From: Pyrodictium delaneyi
GTDB taxonomy: Archaea > Thermoproteota > Thermoprotei_A > Sulfolobales > Pyrodictiaceae
Direction of reading: 5' to 3'
Assembly (NCBI RefSeq): GCF_001412615.1
Contig: NZ_CP013011.1
Coordinates: forward strand, 780,001 to 812,000
Length of the DNA stretch: 32,000 nt
The notes under the pieces were generated by a model. It made no database searches, was not told the origin of the DNA, and saw only the letters and a program-made list of their open reading frames with translations. A program made the translations under genes and the position numbers. Shown here piece after piece: positions 1 to 8,413 of this stretch (positions are counted from its first letter, which is position 1; each line of letters starts with the position of its first letter).

Positions 1-2
1 GC

Positions 3-272
3 CATGACGTTGAATCGGGAAGCCATAGCCGATTCGTAGAGTCTGCAAGCGATCCAGAGAAGTGCCTCGACTGCCACACGAAGGCCGCAGGAGTCAAGTC
101 TGAGGCGCTTCAGGGACTGAGAACTAGTACAGCCCTATCATTCAGCGAAGACATTAGACATGTAGAGCTAGTGGAGAAGGCTAAAGGCAATTGCCTCAAG
201 TGCCACGACGAGTGGCATGTGGCAGGCAAGCCTAGGATAATCTACGGCAAGAGTAAAGGGGAGGGAAGCTAG
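3..272 (+). CDS. C-terminal fragment of a c-type (probably multihaem) cytochrome; 5' end lies outside the window
   Basis: Frame 3 is open from the window edge to TAG at 270-272. It is not in the ORF track because it has no in-window start. The translation ends ...EKCLDCHTKAAGVKSEALQGL...KGNCLKCHDEWHVAGKPRIIYGKSKGEGS and carries two CxxCH haem-c motifs (63-77 and 192-206). Confidence 0.45.
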   Translation, partial: HDVESGSHSRFVESASDPEKCLDCHTKAAGVKSEALQGLRTSTALSFSEDIRHVELVEKAKGNCLKCHDEWHVAGKPRIIYGKSKGEGS

Positions 273-326
273 TCATGTACATTCTCATTCCTCTTAGAAG
301 TGTGGATAGGAGGTGGCATGTAAACC

Positions 327-1073
327 TTGAGTGTTGTCAGGGCTGAGGCTGAAGGGGGACGGGCCCCTAGCTGGCTAGAGGAACACATGTGGCGCCGCTT
401 ACGCGCACTATTCGACTTGGTACTTCAGCTCAGCGTTCTCAGACGTCGCCGCGACCTAGGTGAGTGGCTTGTAGCGTGGCTGACTTACCTAGGTCTTGTT
501 GGCGCTATACTTACAGCAATAATAACAGCAGCCACCCGTGGTGTAGTGCTTGCAGCTAATACGGTCCTAAGGCCTCATGCACTTCCTATAATCAGCCCAG
601 CGCTCGAGAAACTGTTCATAAGCTGGCCACAGCTAGCAATAGGTATGGGTTATCATGCGCATATAATCACAGCGCTATACTTTGCAGCACCAGCCTATAC
701 AGCAGCTCTAGTAGCAGCCTTCCTGCTAAAGGACGAATGGCTGCGCAGCTTCCTATTCCCGCGAGGAATTAACGCTAGGGACGTCTCCGACCACTTGTTG
801 CTAGTGCTAAGCTTCCTCACAGCCTGGGCTGCGGCAGTAATAGCGCCACAGATGGCGGCTGAGGGTGCACTGGTGCCCGGGCTACAAGCACTTGCACCAC
901 ACATCGCTATAGGAACCTTCTGGATAATCTACTCGCTAGCGATACGCGGACTAGCCTACCGTGTAGTAGGCACAGCGCTGACACTGCTATACGTGGTTGT
1001 ATTCAATCGCTACCCGGAAAGAGTGTTCAGAGATATCTTTGAAGAAGATCCATGGGTAAGCCTACTACGCTAA
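327..1073 (+). CDS. Integral membrane protein (about 5 predicted TM helices), function unknown
   Basis: 248-aa ORF with a TTG start and GGAGGTG at 309-315 upstream. Hydrophobic stretches include WLVAWLTYLGLVGAILTAIITAA, YHAHIITALYFAAPAYTAALVAAFLL, LLLVLSFLTAWAAAVIAP and HIAIGTFWIIYSLAI. Histidines sit inside the hydrophobic segments. Confidence 0.5.
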   Translation: MSVVRAEAEGGRAPSWLEEHMWRRLRALFDLVLQLSVLRRRRDLGEWLVAWLTYLGLVGAILTAIITAATRGVVLAANTVLRPHALPIISPALEKLFISWPQLAIGMGYHAHIITALYFAAPAYTAALVAAFLLKDEWLRSFLFPRGINARDVSDHLLLVLSFLTAWAAAVIAPQMAAEGALVPGLQALAPHIAIGTFWIIYSLAIRGLAYRVVGTALTLLYVVVFNRYPERVFRDIFEEDPWVSLLR

Positions 1074-1396
1074 TAATACTCCACAAAACCATAGTTTTTT
1101 GACATCATATTCGGCATTATAATAGACTCTGTGCTAATTCCGCTTCTTTCTCACTCCATAACCTGTACCTTACCCCAGAGCCTGCCTACTCGCTCAGTAT
1201 AAGGACTATGGATGCCCGAGACATTATGGAGCGTTTGTTGCCGCTGTAACCCGCCGTCTTGGGCTAGTATACGGTCTTGTAGCTGTAATGACCGCCTCTA
1301 GGCTATAAACCTACAGTAGCGGCATTAGCTCCTCTTCTCCTGGGATGAAGGCTCCGGGCTGGCTAGCGTCTAGCGCCGAGGAAGGGCTGCTGGGCT

Positions 1397-2482
1397 ATGC
1401 TCTGGTTCGTGTTGACAACTGGGGCTTGCAACTTGCGCTGCCAGTACTGTGGCGGGGGGTTTCCCCCAGAATACTCGCCCCCTCGTCCAGTATATGGGGC
1501 CGAGAAGCTCGTAGAGTCCATCAGACGGCTAGACCCGGATCCGGTGATCTTCTTCTACGGCGGAGAGCCACTAGTTAACCCGAAGCTGATAATGGAGGTT
1601 ATGGATCTCCTGCCGGAGGCCCGTTACGGGATACAGACCAACGGGCTACTCTACCGCCAGCTCCCCGAGGAGTACTGGGCCCGGTTCCACCGCGTCCTGC
1701 TCAGCATAGACGGCGTCGAGGAGATCACTGACCGGTGGAGGGGCCGCGGCGTCTACCGCCGCGTACTGAAGGCCCTAAGGTTCCTCAGAGAGCTGCAGAG
1801 GCGCCGAGGAGGCCCCGGGGCTGTCATAGCCAGGATGGCGGTGACCCATGACACGGTTATCGACAGAGATGTGCTGCACCTCCTCCTGGACCTTGGTTTC
1901 GACAAGGCTCACTGGCAGCTTGACGCGGTCTGGAGCCCGCCGTGGCCCATAGGCCGCTGGGCTAGGGAGAGTTACCTCCCGGGGCTAAGGAGGCTCGCAA
2001 AGTGGGTTGCCGAGAAGCCCTGGGAGAGGCTCAGCCGGGTGGTCCCCTTCCACGGGATAGTCTCAGCGCTCTACAATGGGGGCTACCGCTGGTACCCTTG
2101 CGGCGCCGGCCGTGACGCAGTGGCGGTGAACACCGACGGGAGGATACTCGCCTGTCCTATCGCGGTTCGCGAGGAGTGGGCGGTGCTGGGCCGGCTGGGC
2201 GAGTGGAGAGGCCAGCTAGCGCATCCGAGACTTCTCCCAGAGCGATGCCGGAGGTGCAGCTACCTCCCGCTATGCGGAGGCCGTTGTCTCTACGCTCAGA
2301 TGGAGGACGCGTACTGGCCTCGGGAGCTGCTAGAGGAGCTGGACTGGGTCACCCGGAGAACCATCGACATCGTCCTATCGGTGGTAGTGCCAGCGGTGGA
2401 AAGAGCCCTGGAAAAAGGGCTTATGGAGCCGTCTAGCGTCTATTACGATCCGCTCGAGGAGTCGACGGAGGTTATCCCCTAG
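1397..2482 (+). CDS. Radical SAM enzyme with C-terminal SPASM/twitch-type Cys-rich domain (peptide/cofactor maturase-like)
   Basis: N-terminal CNLRCQYC (CxxxCxxC) radical SAM cluster motif, followed by a GGEPL motif. The C-terminus has YPCGAG...ACP...CRRCSYLPLCGGRCLY, an auxiliary-cluster cysteine pattern. Confidence 0.8.
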   Translation: MLWFVLTTGACNLRCQYCGGGFPPEYSPPRPVYGAEKLVESIRRLDPDPVIFFYGGEPLVNPKLIMEVMDLLPEARYGIQTNGLLYRQLPEEYWARFHRVLLSIDGVEEITDRWRGRGVYRRVLKALRFLRELQRRRGGPGAVIARMAVTHDTVIDRDVLHLLLDLGFDKAHWQLDAVWSPPWPIGRWARESYLPGLRRLAKWVAEKPWERLSRVVPFHGIVSALYNGGYRWYPCGAGRDAVAVNTDGRILACPIAVREEWAVLGRLGEWRGQLAHPRLLPERCRRCSYLPLCGGRCLYAQMEDAYWPRELLEELDWVTRRTIDIVLSVVVPAVERALEKGLMEPSSVYYDPLEESTEVIP

Positions 2483-3882
2483 AGCTCGCACTTTTCCAGG
2501 ACTTCGTCGGCGTAGTAGACTGCTTGCTGTACCAGGTACTTCACGGGGCCTAGGTAGCGGCGGGGGTCGAGTTCCTCGTAGAGCCGGGATAGGCCAAAGT
2601 ACTTGCCCACTCTGGGGTCCTCAGCGGCGACCTCGTAGAGGGGCTTCCCCGTCTTAGCGGCCTTTTCGGCGAGTTCTTTGGCAATCCGATAGGCATCAGG
2701 CCGTTTCATCCCGAGCTCTCTTATCAACAGGTTCATCAACGCCTCAGCCATTATTGCACCTCTACTCTTCATGAGATTTTCATACATTCTCTCCGGGCTC
2801 CAGCGGAGCCGGAGTATGAGGTTCCAGGTATCGTCGAGCATCTGGTCGATCGTCAGCAGTAGATGTGGTATGATTATCCTCTCCGCGCTACTGTTGCTTA
2901 GGTCACGCTCGTGCCAGAGTACTATGTTTTCGAGGAACGCGGTGACGAGGCTCCGGGCTACCCGGGCTAGCCCGCTTATCCTCTCAGCAGTTACAGGGTT
3001 TGCCTTATGCGGCATAGCGCTACTACCTAGCTTGCCGGTGCGGTCTTCCCACATCTCCATTATCTCGGGCCTTGCTAGCTCCCGTATCTCGGTAGCAAAC
3101 CGGTCTAGCTGGCTCGCAAGGATGGCGAGCACGGAGGCTAGCTCGGCGAAGCCGTCACGGGGCGCGACCTGAGTAGTTATGATGTGGGGCTCTAGGCCTA
3201 GCTGCTCGCAGACGATCTCCCTTATCCTGAGCCCCTTACGGCCCCACGCGGCCATTGTGCCGACCGCGCCACCTATCTTGGCCCGGAGTACCCTCTTCAT
3301 AGCGCTACAGAGTCTCTCGTAGCTCCGGGCTAGCTCGTACGTGTAGTTTGCGAACTTGAAGCCCAGGGTGATCGGGAGTGCGTGTTGCCCGTGTGTACGC
3401 CCGACCATGACTACGTCTACGTACTCCTCGGCGCGGGTGGCGAGTGCCTCGATTATCTTGGCGAGCTTGCTCTCGATTATCACCAGGGCGTCGCGAAGCG
3501 TGAGCGCCCACGCCGTGTCTATGATATCGTTGCTCGTCGCCCCATAGTGGACCCACCGTGCTACCTCATCGCCACCCTTCTCTGCAAGCAGCTCTACGAG
3601 CGCTATGACCTCGTGCCCCGTCTGCTTTTCCCTCTCCGCGACCTCTTCCGGTGTTATCTTCTTCGCCGCTTCTCGGATCTTCTCCGCAGCCTCGGGTGGC
3701 GCTAACCCGACCTCGACGAGAGCGTCCATGAGCGCTATTTCCACTAGTATCATATTGCGGAGCATTTCGCGGCGCGATAACACGTACTTCATCTGAGGGC
3801 TACCGTAGCGCCAATCAAAGGCACAGACAGAGTTAGGACAACTTTCATAGAATGTATCTTCGCTGGGCTCGAACCTGCTCAA
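2479..3882 (-). CDS. purB: Adenylosuccinate lyase
   Basis: 467 aa with FDWRYGS near the N-terminus, the GSSAMPHKANP fumarate-lyase signature and the length expected for PurB. TTG start with GGAGGTG upstream. Confidence 0.9.
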   Translation of the reverse strand: MSRFEPSEDTFYESCPNSVCAFDWRYGSPQMKYVLSRREMLRNMILVEIALMDALVEVGLAPPEAAEKIREAAKKITPEEVAEREKQTGHEVIALVELLAEKGGDEVARWVHYGATSNDIIDTAWALTLRDALVIIESKLAKIIEALATRAEEYVDVVMVGRTHGQHALPITLGFKFANYTYELARSYERLCSAMKRVLRAKIGGAVGTMAAWGRKGLRIREIVCEQLGLEPHIITTQVAPRDGFAELASVLAILASQLDRFATEIRELARPEIMEMWEDRTGKLGSSAMPHKANPVTAERISGLARVARSLVTAFLENIVLWHERDLSNSSAERIIIPHLLLTIDQMLDDTWNLILRLRWSPERMYENLMKSRGAIMAEALMNLLIRELGMKRPDAYRIAKELAEKAAKTGKPLYEVAAEDPRVGKYFGLSRLYEELDPRRYLGPVKYLVQQAVYYADEVLEKCEL

Positions 3883-3970
3883 GGCCGGCTAGGCACCTCC
3901 ATACCAGTAGAGAAACTGAATCACCATACATAATCCTGCACTAACCTCGATGTGTACTACTACGATGGTT

Positions 3971-5404
3971 CTAGTCTTGAATCTCTATGGGGAGCTGTAC
4001 CTCGGCACCAAGCCTCTCTGCAGCCCCCCTGGCTGCAAGATAGCCGGTAGCGGCGGCCACGTTTATCCCCCGGCTGAGGCCGGCCCCGTCTCCGGCAGCG
4101 TATAAGCCGGGCAGGTTTGTCTCCATCGAAGGCGTCTGGACGCGGACACGTAGCGAGTAATACTTTACTTCAGGAGCGTAGAGCAGCGTATGCTTGCTCC
4201 AGACGCCTGGTGCTAAGTCATCTAGTCTCTCGAGTCCCTCCAGTATGTCGGTGAGTATTCGGTAGGGCAGAGCCATCCCTATGTCGCCGGGCGTAGCCTC
4301 CCGGAGCGTCGGCTCCACTACACTCCTCTCTATCCGGTCCCTTGTGCTCCTCCGGCCTGCTAGCAGGTCGCCGAGCCTCTGGACGAGGGGCTCGCCGCCG
4401 CCAAGCTTAGTAGCCATCCTGGCTATGCTCCGGCCGTACTCCAGCGCGTCCTCCATAGGGTCTGTAAGCTTTATAGTCACGAGGAATGCGAAGTTCGTAT
4501 TCATGCTCTTCCTCGTGGCGAAGGTCTCCCCGTTTACGCCCACTAGCCCGTCGCCGTAGACCTCCTTGACTACGTAGCCGCCCGGATTGGTGCAGAACGT
4601 TCTTACACGATCATCAAACGTCCGTGTATGGAATATAATCTTGGGATCCCAAACGATGCTCGTAAGCGGCTCCATCACCCGGTAAGGAACCTCTACCCTC
4701 ACGCCAACGTCCAGGGGTCCTGGCTCTGTCTCTAGGCCTATGCGCCGCGCCTCTCGGGCTAGCCAACTCGCCCCGCTACGCCCCGGAGCCAGGATGACCG
4801 TCTTGGCCTCAAGCTCGCCTCGGCTCGTCTTCAGCAGGTAGCCGCCTCCCGGCCGTGGCTCTACATGGAACACCCTCGTCAGTGTGTGGATATTGACGCC
4901 CTTTTCCTCCAGGTAGACGGTCATAGCCTCTATGACCTTCACAGTATTCTCGGTGCCCATGTGCCGCTGTCTTATCGGGATAAACTTGGCTCCCGCCCTT
5001 ATTGCCTTCCTCTCTAGCTCCGAGACCCGGGAAGGGTCGGGCTCGAACAACCGGTCCCTGGGTGCACCAAAATAGAGGAACACCCGGTCTACGAGTTCAA
5101 TCAGTTTCTGCGCCTCCTCCCAGCTGCCCAGGAGGCGATGTAGCTCACCACCCACGTCGGGCCGTAGGTTGATAATCCCGCTGCTAAGTGTCCCAGCGCC
5201 GCCGATACCCTGCATTATGGAGCAAGGCTTGCAACCCGCACAACGCCCCGTCTCGCGTAGCGGGCAACGTCTCTGGGAGGCCCGTAGCCCTTCGTCTATC
5301 AGTGCTACTCGTAGCCTGCCACGCCTGGTCTCCTCGGCGAGGGCTAGTGCGGCGAAGAGGCCGGCGGGCCCAGCACCCACTATAGCTACGTCGTAGTCCG
5401 GCAT
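3971..5404 (-). CDS. FAD-dependent oxidoreductase (COG2509-like) with a 4-Cys motif
   Basis: DVAIVGAGPAGLFAALAL dinucleotide-binding motif, CPLRETGRCAGCKPC (C-x8-C-x2-C-x2-C) and a C-terminal GLYAAGDGAG motif. I start it at ATG 5404 (MPDYDVAIVGAG) rather than the track's 5443, because this ATG overlaps the purA stop as TAATG. Confidence 0.75.
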   Translation of the reverse strand: MPDYDVAIVGAGPAGLFAALALAEETRRGRLRVALIDEGLRASQRRCPLRETGRCAGCKPCSIMQGIGGAGTLSSGIINLRPDVGGELHRLLGSWEEAQKLIELVDRVFLYFGAPRDRLFEPDPSRVSELERKAIRAGAKFIPIRQRHMGTENTVKVIEAMTVYLEEKGVNIHTLTRVFHVEPRPGGGYLLKTSRGELEAKTVILAPGRSGASWLAREARRIGLETEPGPLDVGVRVEVPYRVMEPLTSIVWDPKIIFHTRTFDDRVRTFCTNPGGYVVKEVYGDGLVGVNGETFATRKSMNTNFAFLVTIKLTDPMEDALEYGRSIARMATKLGGGEPLVQRLGDLLAGRRSTRDRIERSVVEPTLREATPGDIGMALPYRILTDILEGLERLDDLAPGVWSKHTLLYAPEVKYYSLRVRVQTPSMETNLPGLYAAGDGAGLSRGINVAAATGYLAARGAAERLGAEVQLPIEIQD

Positions 5405-6420
5405 TACTCCATCCCCTTCTCCCTGGAGAGGTCTATTGTGCATTCTACGTCCTCGCCGGTCCCGATCAACGTTACTGGGATCCCTAGCTTATCCTCAACC
5501 TCCTCTATCCAGACTCGGGCCTCCCTGGGCAGCTCCTCCCAGCTCCTCCGGCACCGGGCTTCGGGGAAGACGCGGTCGATCTTCGTCAGCGCCATGTCTG
5601 TGGCGGTGTTCGCTCGTATTGCTCTCTCGGCTAGCTCGAGATTGAAAGGTGCAACCCGCCGAGGCCTCCCGGTGACAGTCCCGTACTCGGCCCAGCCAAG
5701 CTCTACGGCCTTCTCGTGGGGCAGCTCGCCGGGCAGCGGCCCGGCTCCGACCCGGGTCACGTAGGCCTTGAAGACTACTGTTATCCTCTCAACGCTGCGG
5801 GGGCCGAGGCCTAGCTCGCTTAACGCGGCAGCGGCTGTGGTGTCGCGGCTCGTCACGTAGGGGTAAGTGCCGTGGTAGAGGCTGAGCCAGTAGCCCTGCG
5901 AGGCCTCCACGAGGAGTAACTCACCCTGGTCAAGAGCCTCGAGCATCTCGAGCTGGGTATCGGTAACCAGGTCCTCTAGCTCAGGATAGTCGCGGGCTAG
6001 CCGGAGCCGGCGGAGCACACGGTCAACCATTGCAGTGCCTACGCCGGTCCCCGTTGAGCCTATCCGCTTCATGAGGTGTTGATCGCTCCTCTCACGGGTC
6101 ACGTGCTCCGAGGTTATAATGCCCGTCTTGTAGTCTAGCCATATCCTGCCCCGGAGCCCGAGAGCCTCGACCTCTGAGAGGAAGACCTCGAGGTCAACCA
6201 GTGCGCCACGGGCTATGTAGAGCCGGGTCTCAGGGTTGAGGAAGCTGCTCGGAGAAGCGCGGAGCTTCCAGACCCGCCCCCGGTGTACAACGGTGTGGCC
6301 AGCATTCGTGGCGCCGGTGCGGGCGCTCCCCCAGGGCCTCCGGGATAGAGCGAGGTATGCGGCTATCCGGCCTTTCCCCTCGTCACCGAAGAAGCCGCCG
6401 ACCACTATGTGCACAGGCAC
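5404..6420 (-). CDS. purA: Adenylosuccinate synthetase (short archaeal form)
   Basis: 338 aa with the GGFFGDEGKGRIAAYL P-loop, GSTGTGVG and a TVTGRPRR-type motif. A TATA-like CTCTATATAAC (6459-6469) lies upstream on the minus strand. Confidence 0.9.
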   Translation of the reverse strand: MPVHIVVGGFFGDEGKGRIAAYLALSRRPWGSARTGATNAGHTVVHRGRVWKLRASPSSFLNPETRLYIARGALVDLEVFLSEVEALGLRGRIWLDYKTGIITSEHVTRERSDQHLMKRIGSTGTGVGTAMVDRVLRRLRLARDYPELEDLVTDTQLEMLEALDQGELLLVEASQGYWLSLYHGTYPYVTSRDTTAAAALSELGLGPRSVERITVVFKAYVTRVGAGPLPGELPHEKAVELGWAEYGTVTGRPRRVAPFNLELAERAIRANTATDMALTKIDRVFPEARCRRSWEELPREARVWIEEVEDKLGIPVTLIGTGEDVECTIDLSREKGME

Positions 6421-6545
6421 AGGGTTCCCAAGCTCTTGTGTTAAGGAGGCGACTCAGCACTCTATATAACATTTTCTAATGTGGTCTACCAGAACACCTT
6501 TTTACATCAACTGATTGAATAATGAAATGTATTGGTACACCAAAG

Positions 6546-7130
6546 TCAACACCTAAACTTTATACCATCTCCTTCGTCAAAAACGTAGGTTATACCAGTG
6601 GGGTGCAGCTCACGACATCTAGCTAAAGCCCTTGCAATAATGTTGGCCCAGTCATTGTTGGGCAATGCTGCAATACGTTCAAGAAAAGGCTCTAAATCCC
6701 TCATGAAGACTAACACGCGATGAGGCTCTGGTACATATACTATCTTAGGCCCCGGCGGCGAGGAGAGAAAACCATAACGTACCAGTAGCCTATTGGTAGT
6801 ATCAAGGAGAGCTAAGTCGGAGCGCCTAAGCTTCTCGATAAGATCTCGGAATCTATAGGGAAGCTTCTCTAATATCTGCCGAAGATTATCAAGTTCCTCG
6901 TCATGGGCTAGAAGCAGCGCTCTCACATAATGCCGCGGCTCATCGACAAGCCTCTTACCCGGAATAGGTTCAACAGCCAGGTAGGCAAGCTGGAGATTTT
7001 GCTCCCCGCTACCATTGGAGGAGACGAGCAGACAAACGTTATAGAGCCCGTCACTTAGTATGACGGGCTGTTCTATATCCAACTCTATCTTACGCCAAGG
7101 AGATACTAGAGCCTCTGACCTGTGAACCAA
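6546..7130 (-). CDS. Hypothetical protein (orphan, no motif recognised)
   Basis: 194-aa ORF with a TTG start and a GGGGGTG Shine-Dalgarno-like run 6 nt upstream. It is visibly more A/T-rich than the flanking pur and suc genes and is bounded by AT-rich spacers on both sides. Confidence 0.45.
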   Translation of the reverse strand: MVHRSEALVSPWRKIELDIEQPVILSDGLYNVCLLVSSNGSGEQNLQLAYLAVEPIPGKRLVDEPRHYVRALLLAHDEELDNLRQILEKLPYRFRDLIEKLRRSDLALLDTTNRLLVRYGFLSSPPGPKIVYVPEPHRVLVFMRDLEPFLERIAALPNNDWANIIARALARCRELHPTGITYVFDEGDGIKFRC

Positions 7131-7136
7131 TTAGTC

Positions 7137-7262
7137 CACCCCCATTCTACGGGGTGCGTGCTGTCCGTGGAGCCGCTCGCGGCTCCACGCAGACGCACTT
7201 CGCAGACTACTGCCGCGAATCACGGCAGTTGGAAAGATCAAGGGGTTTTGTCCTAAACCGGG
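7137..7262 (-). promoter_or_regulatory. GC-rich multi-hairpin element: candidate structured 5' leader or small RNA
   Basis: Four consecutive hairpins can be drawn by hand: 7244-7259, 7209-7229, 7154-7198 (including a perfect 10-bp stem CGTGGAGCCG/CGGCTCCACG) and 7137-7156. A TTATAA box at 7285-7292 lies about 25 nt upstream on the minus strand. Strand and transcript status are unverified. Confidence 0.3.
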
Positions 7263-7543
7263 TATTACTGGTCAATAGAAGCCTATTATAACTCTAGTGT
7301 ATTGGTAGTATATTCTGCTAGATGCGTAACCTTAATACCTAAGGAGCGGTAGAGGGCATGGTGTAGTTTTCCACGTGGATTACGGGATCAATATTGGGCT
7401 GTCTCTAAGCATTCGATGGTACTCTCCACAGAAGCAGGGTTATGTGCATTGTCTTAGCGGCTATAACTACTAATGGTTGGATATAGTAGTTAGAACGAAA
7501 TGTCGCGAACAACTATGCGGGGCGGAATGAAAGACATGGCCTC

Positions 7544-8413
7544 CTATAGGGTTTTGGCGAGAAGCTTTGGTATGTCATATGGTGTCTGCGCCAATTGGAC
7601 ACCTGCAGCCCGCAGAGCCTCTACTTTCTCCCCGTAACTCCCGGAGCCCATGGATATTATTGCGCCTGCATGGCCCATCCTCTTGCCTGGGGGTGCTGTC
7701 TTCCCGGCAATGTATGCTACTACCGGTTTAGTGAATAATCCTTCTCTAATCATCCTAGCAGCCCGCTCTTCCATGTCGCCACCTATTTCGCCTATCAATA
7801 CCAATGCTTGTGTTTCAGAATCCTTCTCGAGCATCTCCATGGCCTCGGCTAGGGTTAGACCAACCACGGGGTCACCGCCCACACCAATGACGATTGACTG
7901 GCCTATTCCTTCCCTGGTCATTGCCGCTGCGACCTCATATGTTAGGGTTCCGCTACGGCTAAGTACTGCTACATGACCAGGAGCGAATACATCTCCAGGC
8001 ATTATCCCTATCTTGGTTTTCCCTGGGGCTATTATGCCGGGTGTATTTGGGCCAATGATTACTGTGCCCTTCCTACGGGCGTAGTCTATAAAGAGCATTG
8101 TTTCTTGTACCGGTATATGCTCTGTGATAACTACTATCAGTCTTAGGCCGGCGTCTATGGCCTCGTAGACGGCGTCAGCAGCTGCAGGAGCGGGGACGAA
8201 GACTATACTAGCCTCGGCATCATGCATCTTCACTGCTTCCTCAACAGTATCGTAGACAGGCACCCCGTGTACAGTCTCGCCGCCTTTGCCGGGTGTGACT
8301 CCTGCCACAACTCTAGTGCCATACTCTAGCATTAGTCGTGTATGAAACCGGCCTTCACGTCCCGTAATCCCCTGTACTACTACGCGTGTTCTGCGATCCA
8401 CTAGTACAGTCAT
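7544..8413 (-). CDS. sucD: Succinyl-CoA synthetase (ADP-forming) alpha subunit
   Basis: VVVQGITGREGRFHT, VAGVTPGKGG, SRSGTLTYE and the catalytic-His loop MGHAGAI. A 4-nt overlap with sucC indicates an operon. Confidence 0.9.
   Translation of the reverse strand: MTVLVDRRTRVVVQGITGREGRFHTRLMLEYGTRVVAGVTPGKGGETVHGVPVYDTVEEAVKMHDAEASIVFVPAPAAADAVYEAIDAGLRLIVVITEHIPVQETMLFIDYARRKGTVIIGPNTPGIIAPGKTKIGIMPGDVFAPGHVAVLSRSGTLTYEVAAAMTREGIGQSIVIGVGGDPVVGLTLAEAMEMLEKDSETQALVLIGEIGGDMEERAARMIREGLFTKPVVAYIAGKTAPPGKRMGHAGAIISMGSGSYGEKVEALRAAGVQLAQTPYDIPKLLAKTL

Noticed and set aside
318-323. ATG-TAA start-stop mini-ORF between the GGAGGTG SD (309-315) and the TTG start at 327
   Set aside because: The SD-to-ATG spacing is only 2 nt, so it is unlikely to initiate. 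It is probably a coincidence in a short spacer.
1208-1249. 13-codon ORF (MDARDIMERLLPL) as a possible precursor peptide for the radical SAM/SPASM enzyme
   Set aside because: It has no Cys or other typical rSAM target residues and no SD, and it lies 150 nt from the enzyme gene. It cannot be told apart from a chance ORF.
7209-7229. tRNA-like T-arm (7-bp stem, 7-nt loop containing CGAATC)
   Set aside because: The loop lacks the TTCRA consensus on both strands. No acceptor, D or anticodon arms can be drawn around it. I treat it as part of the structured island instead.
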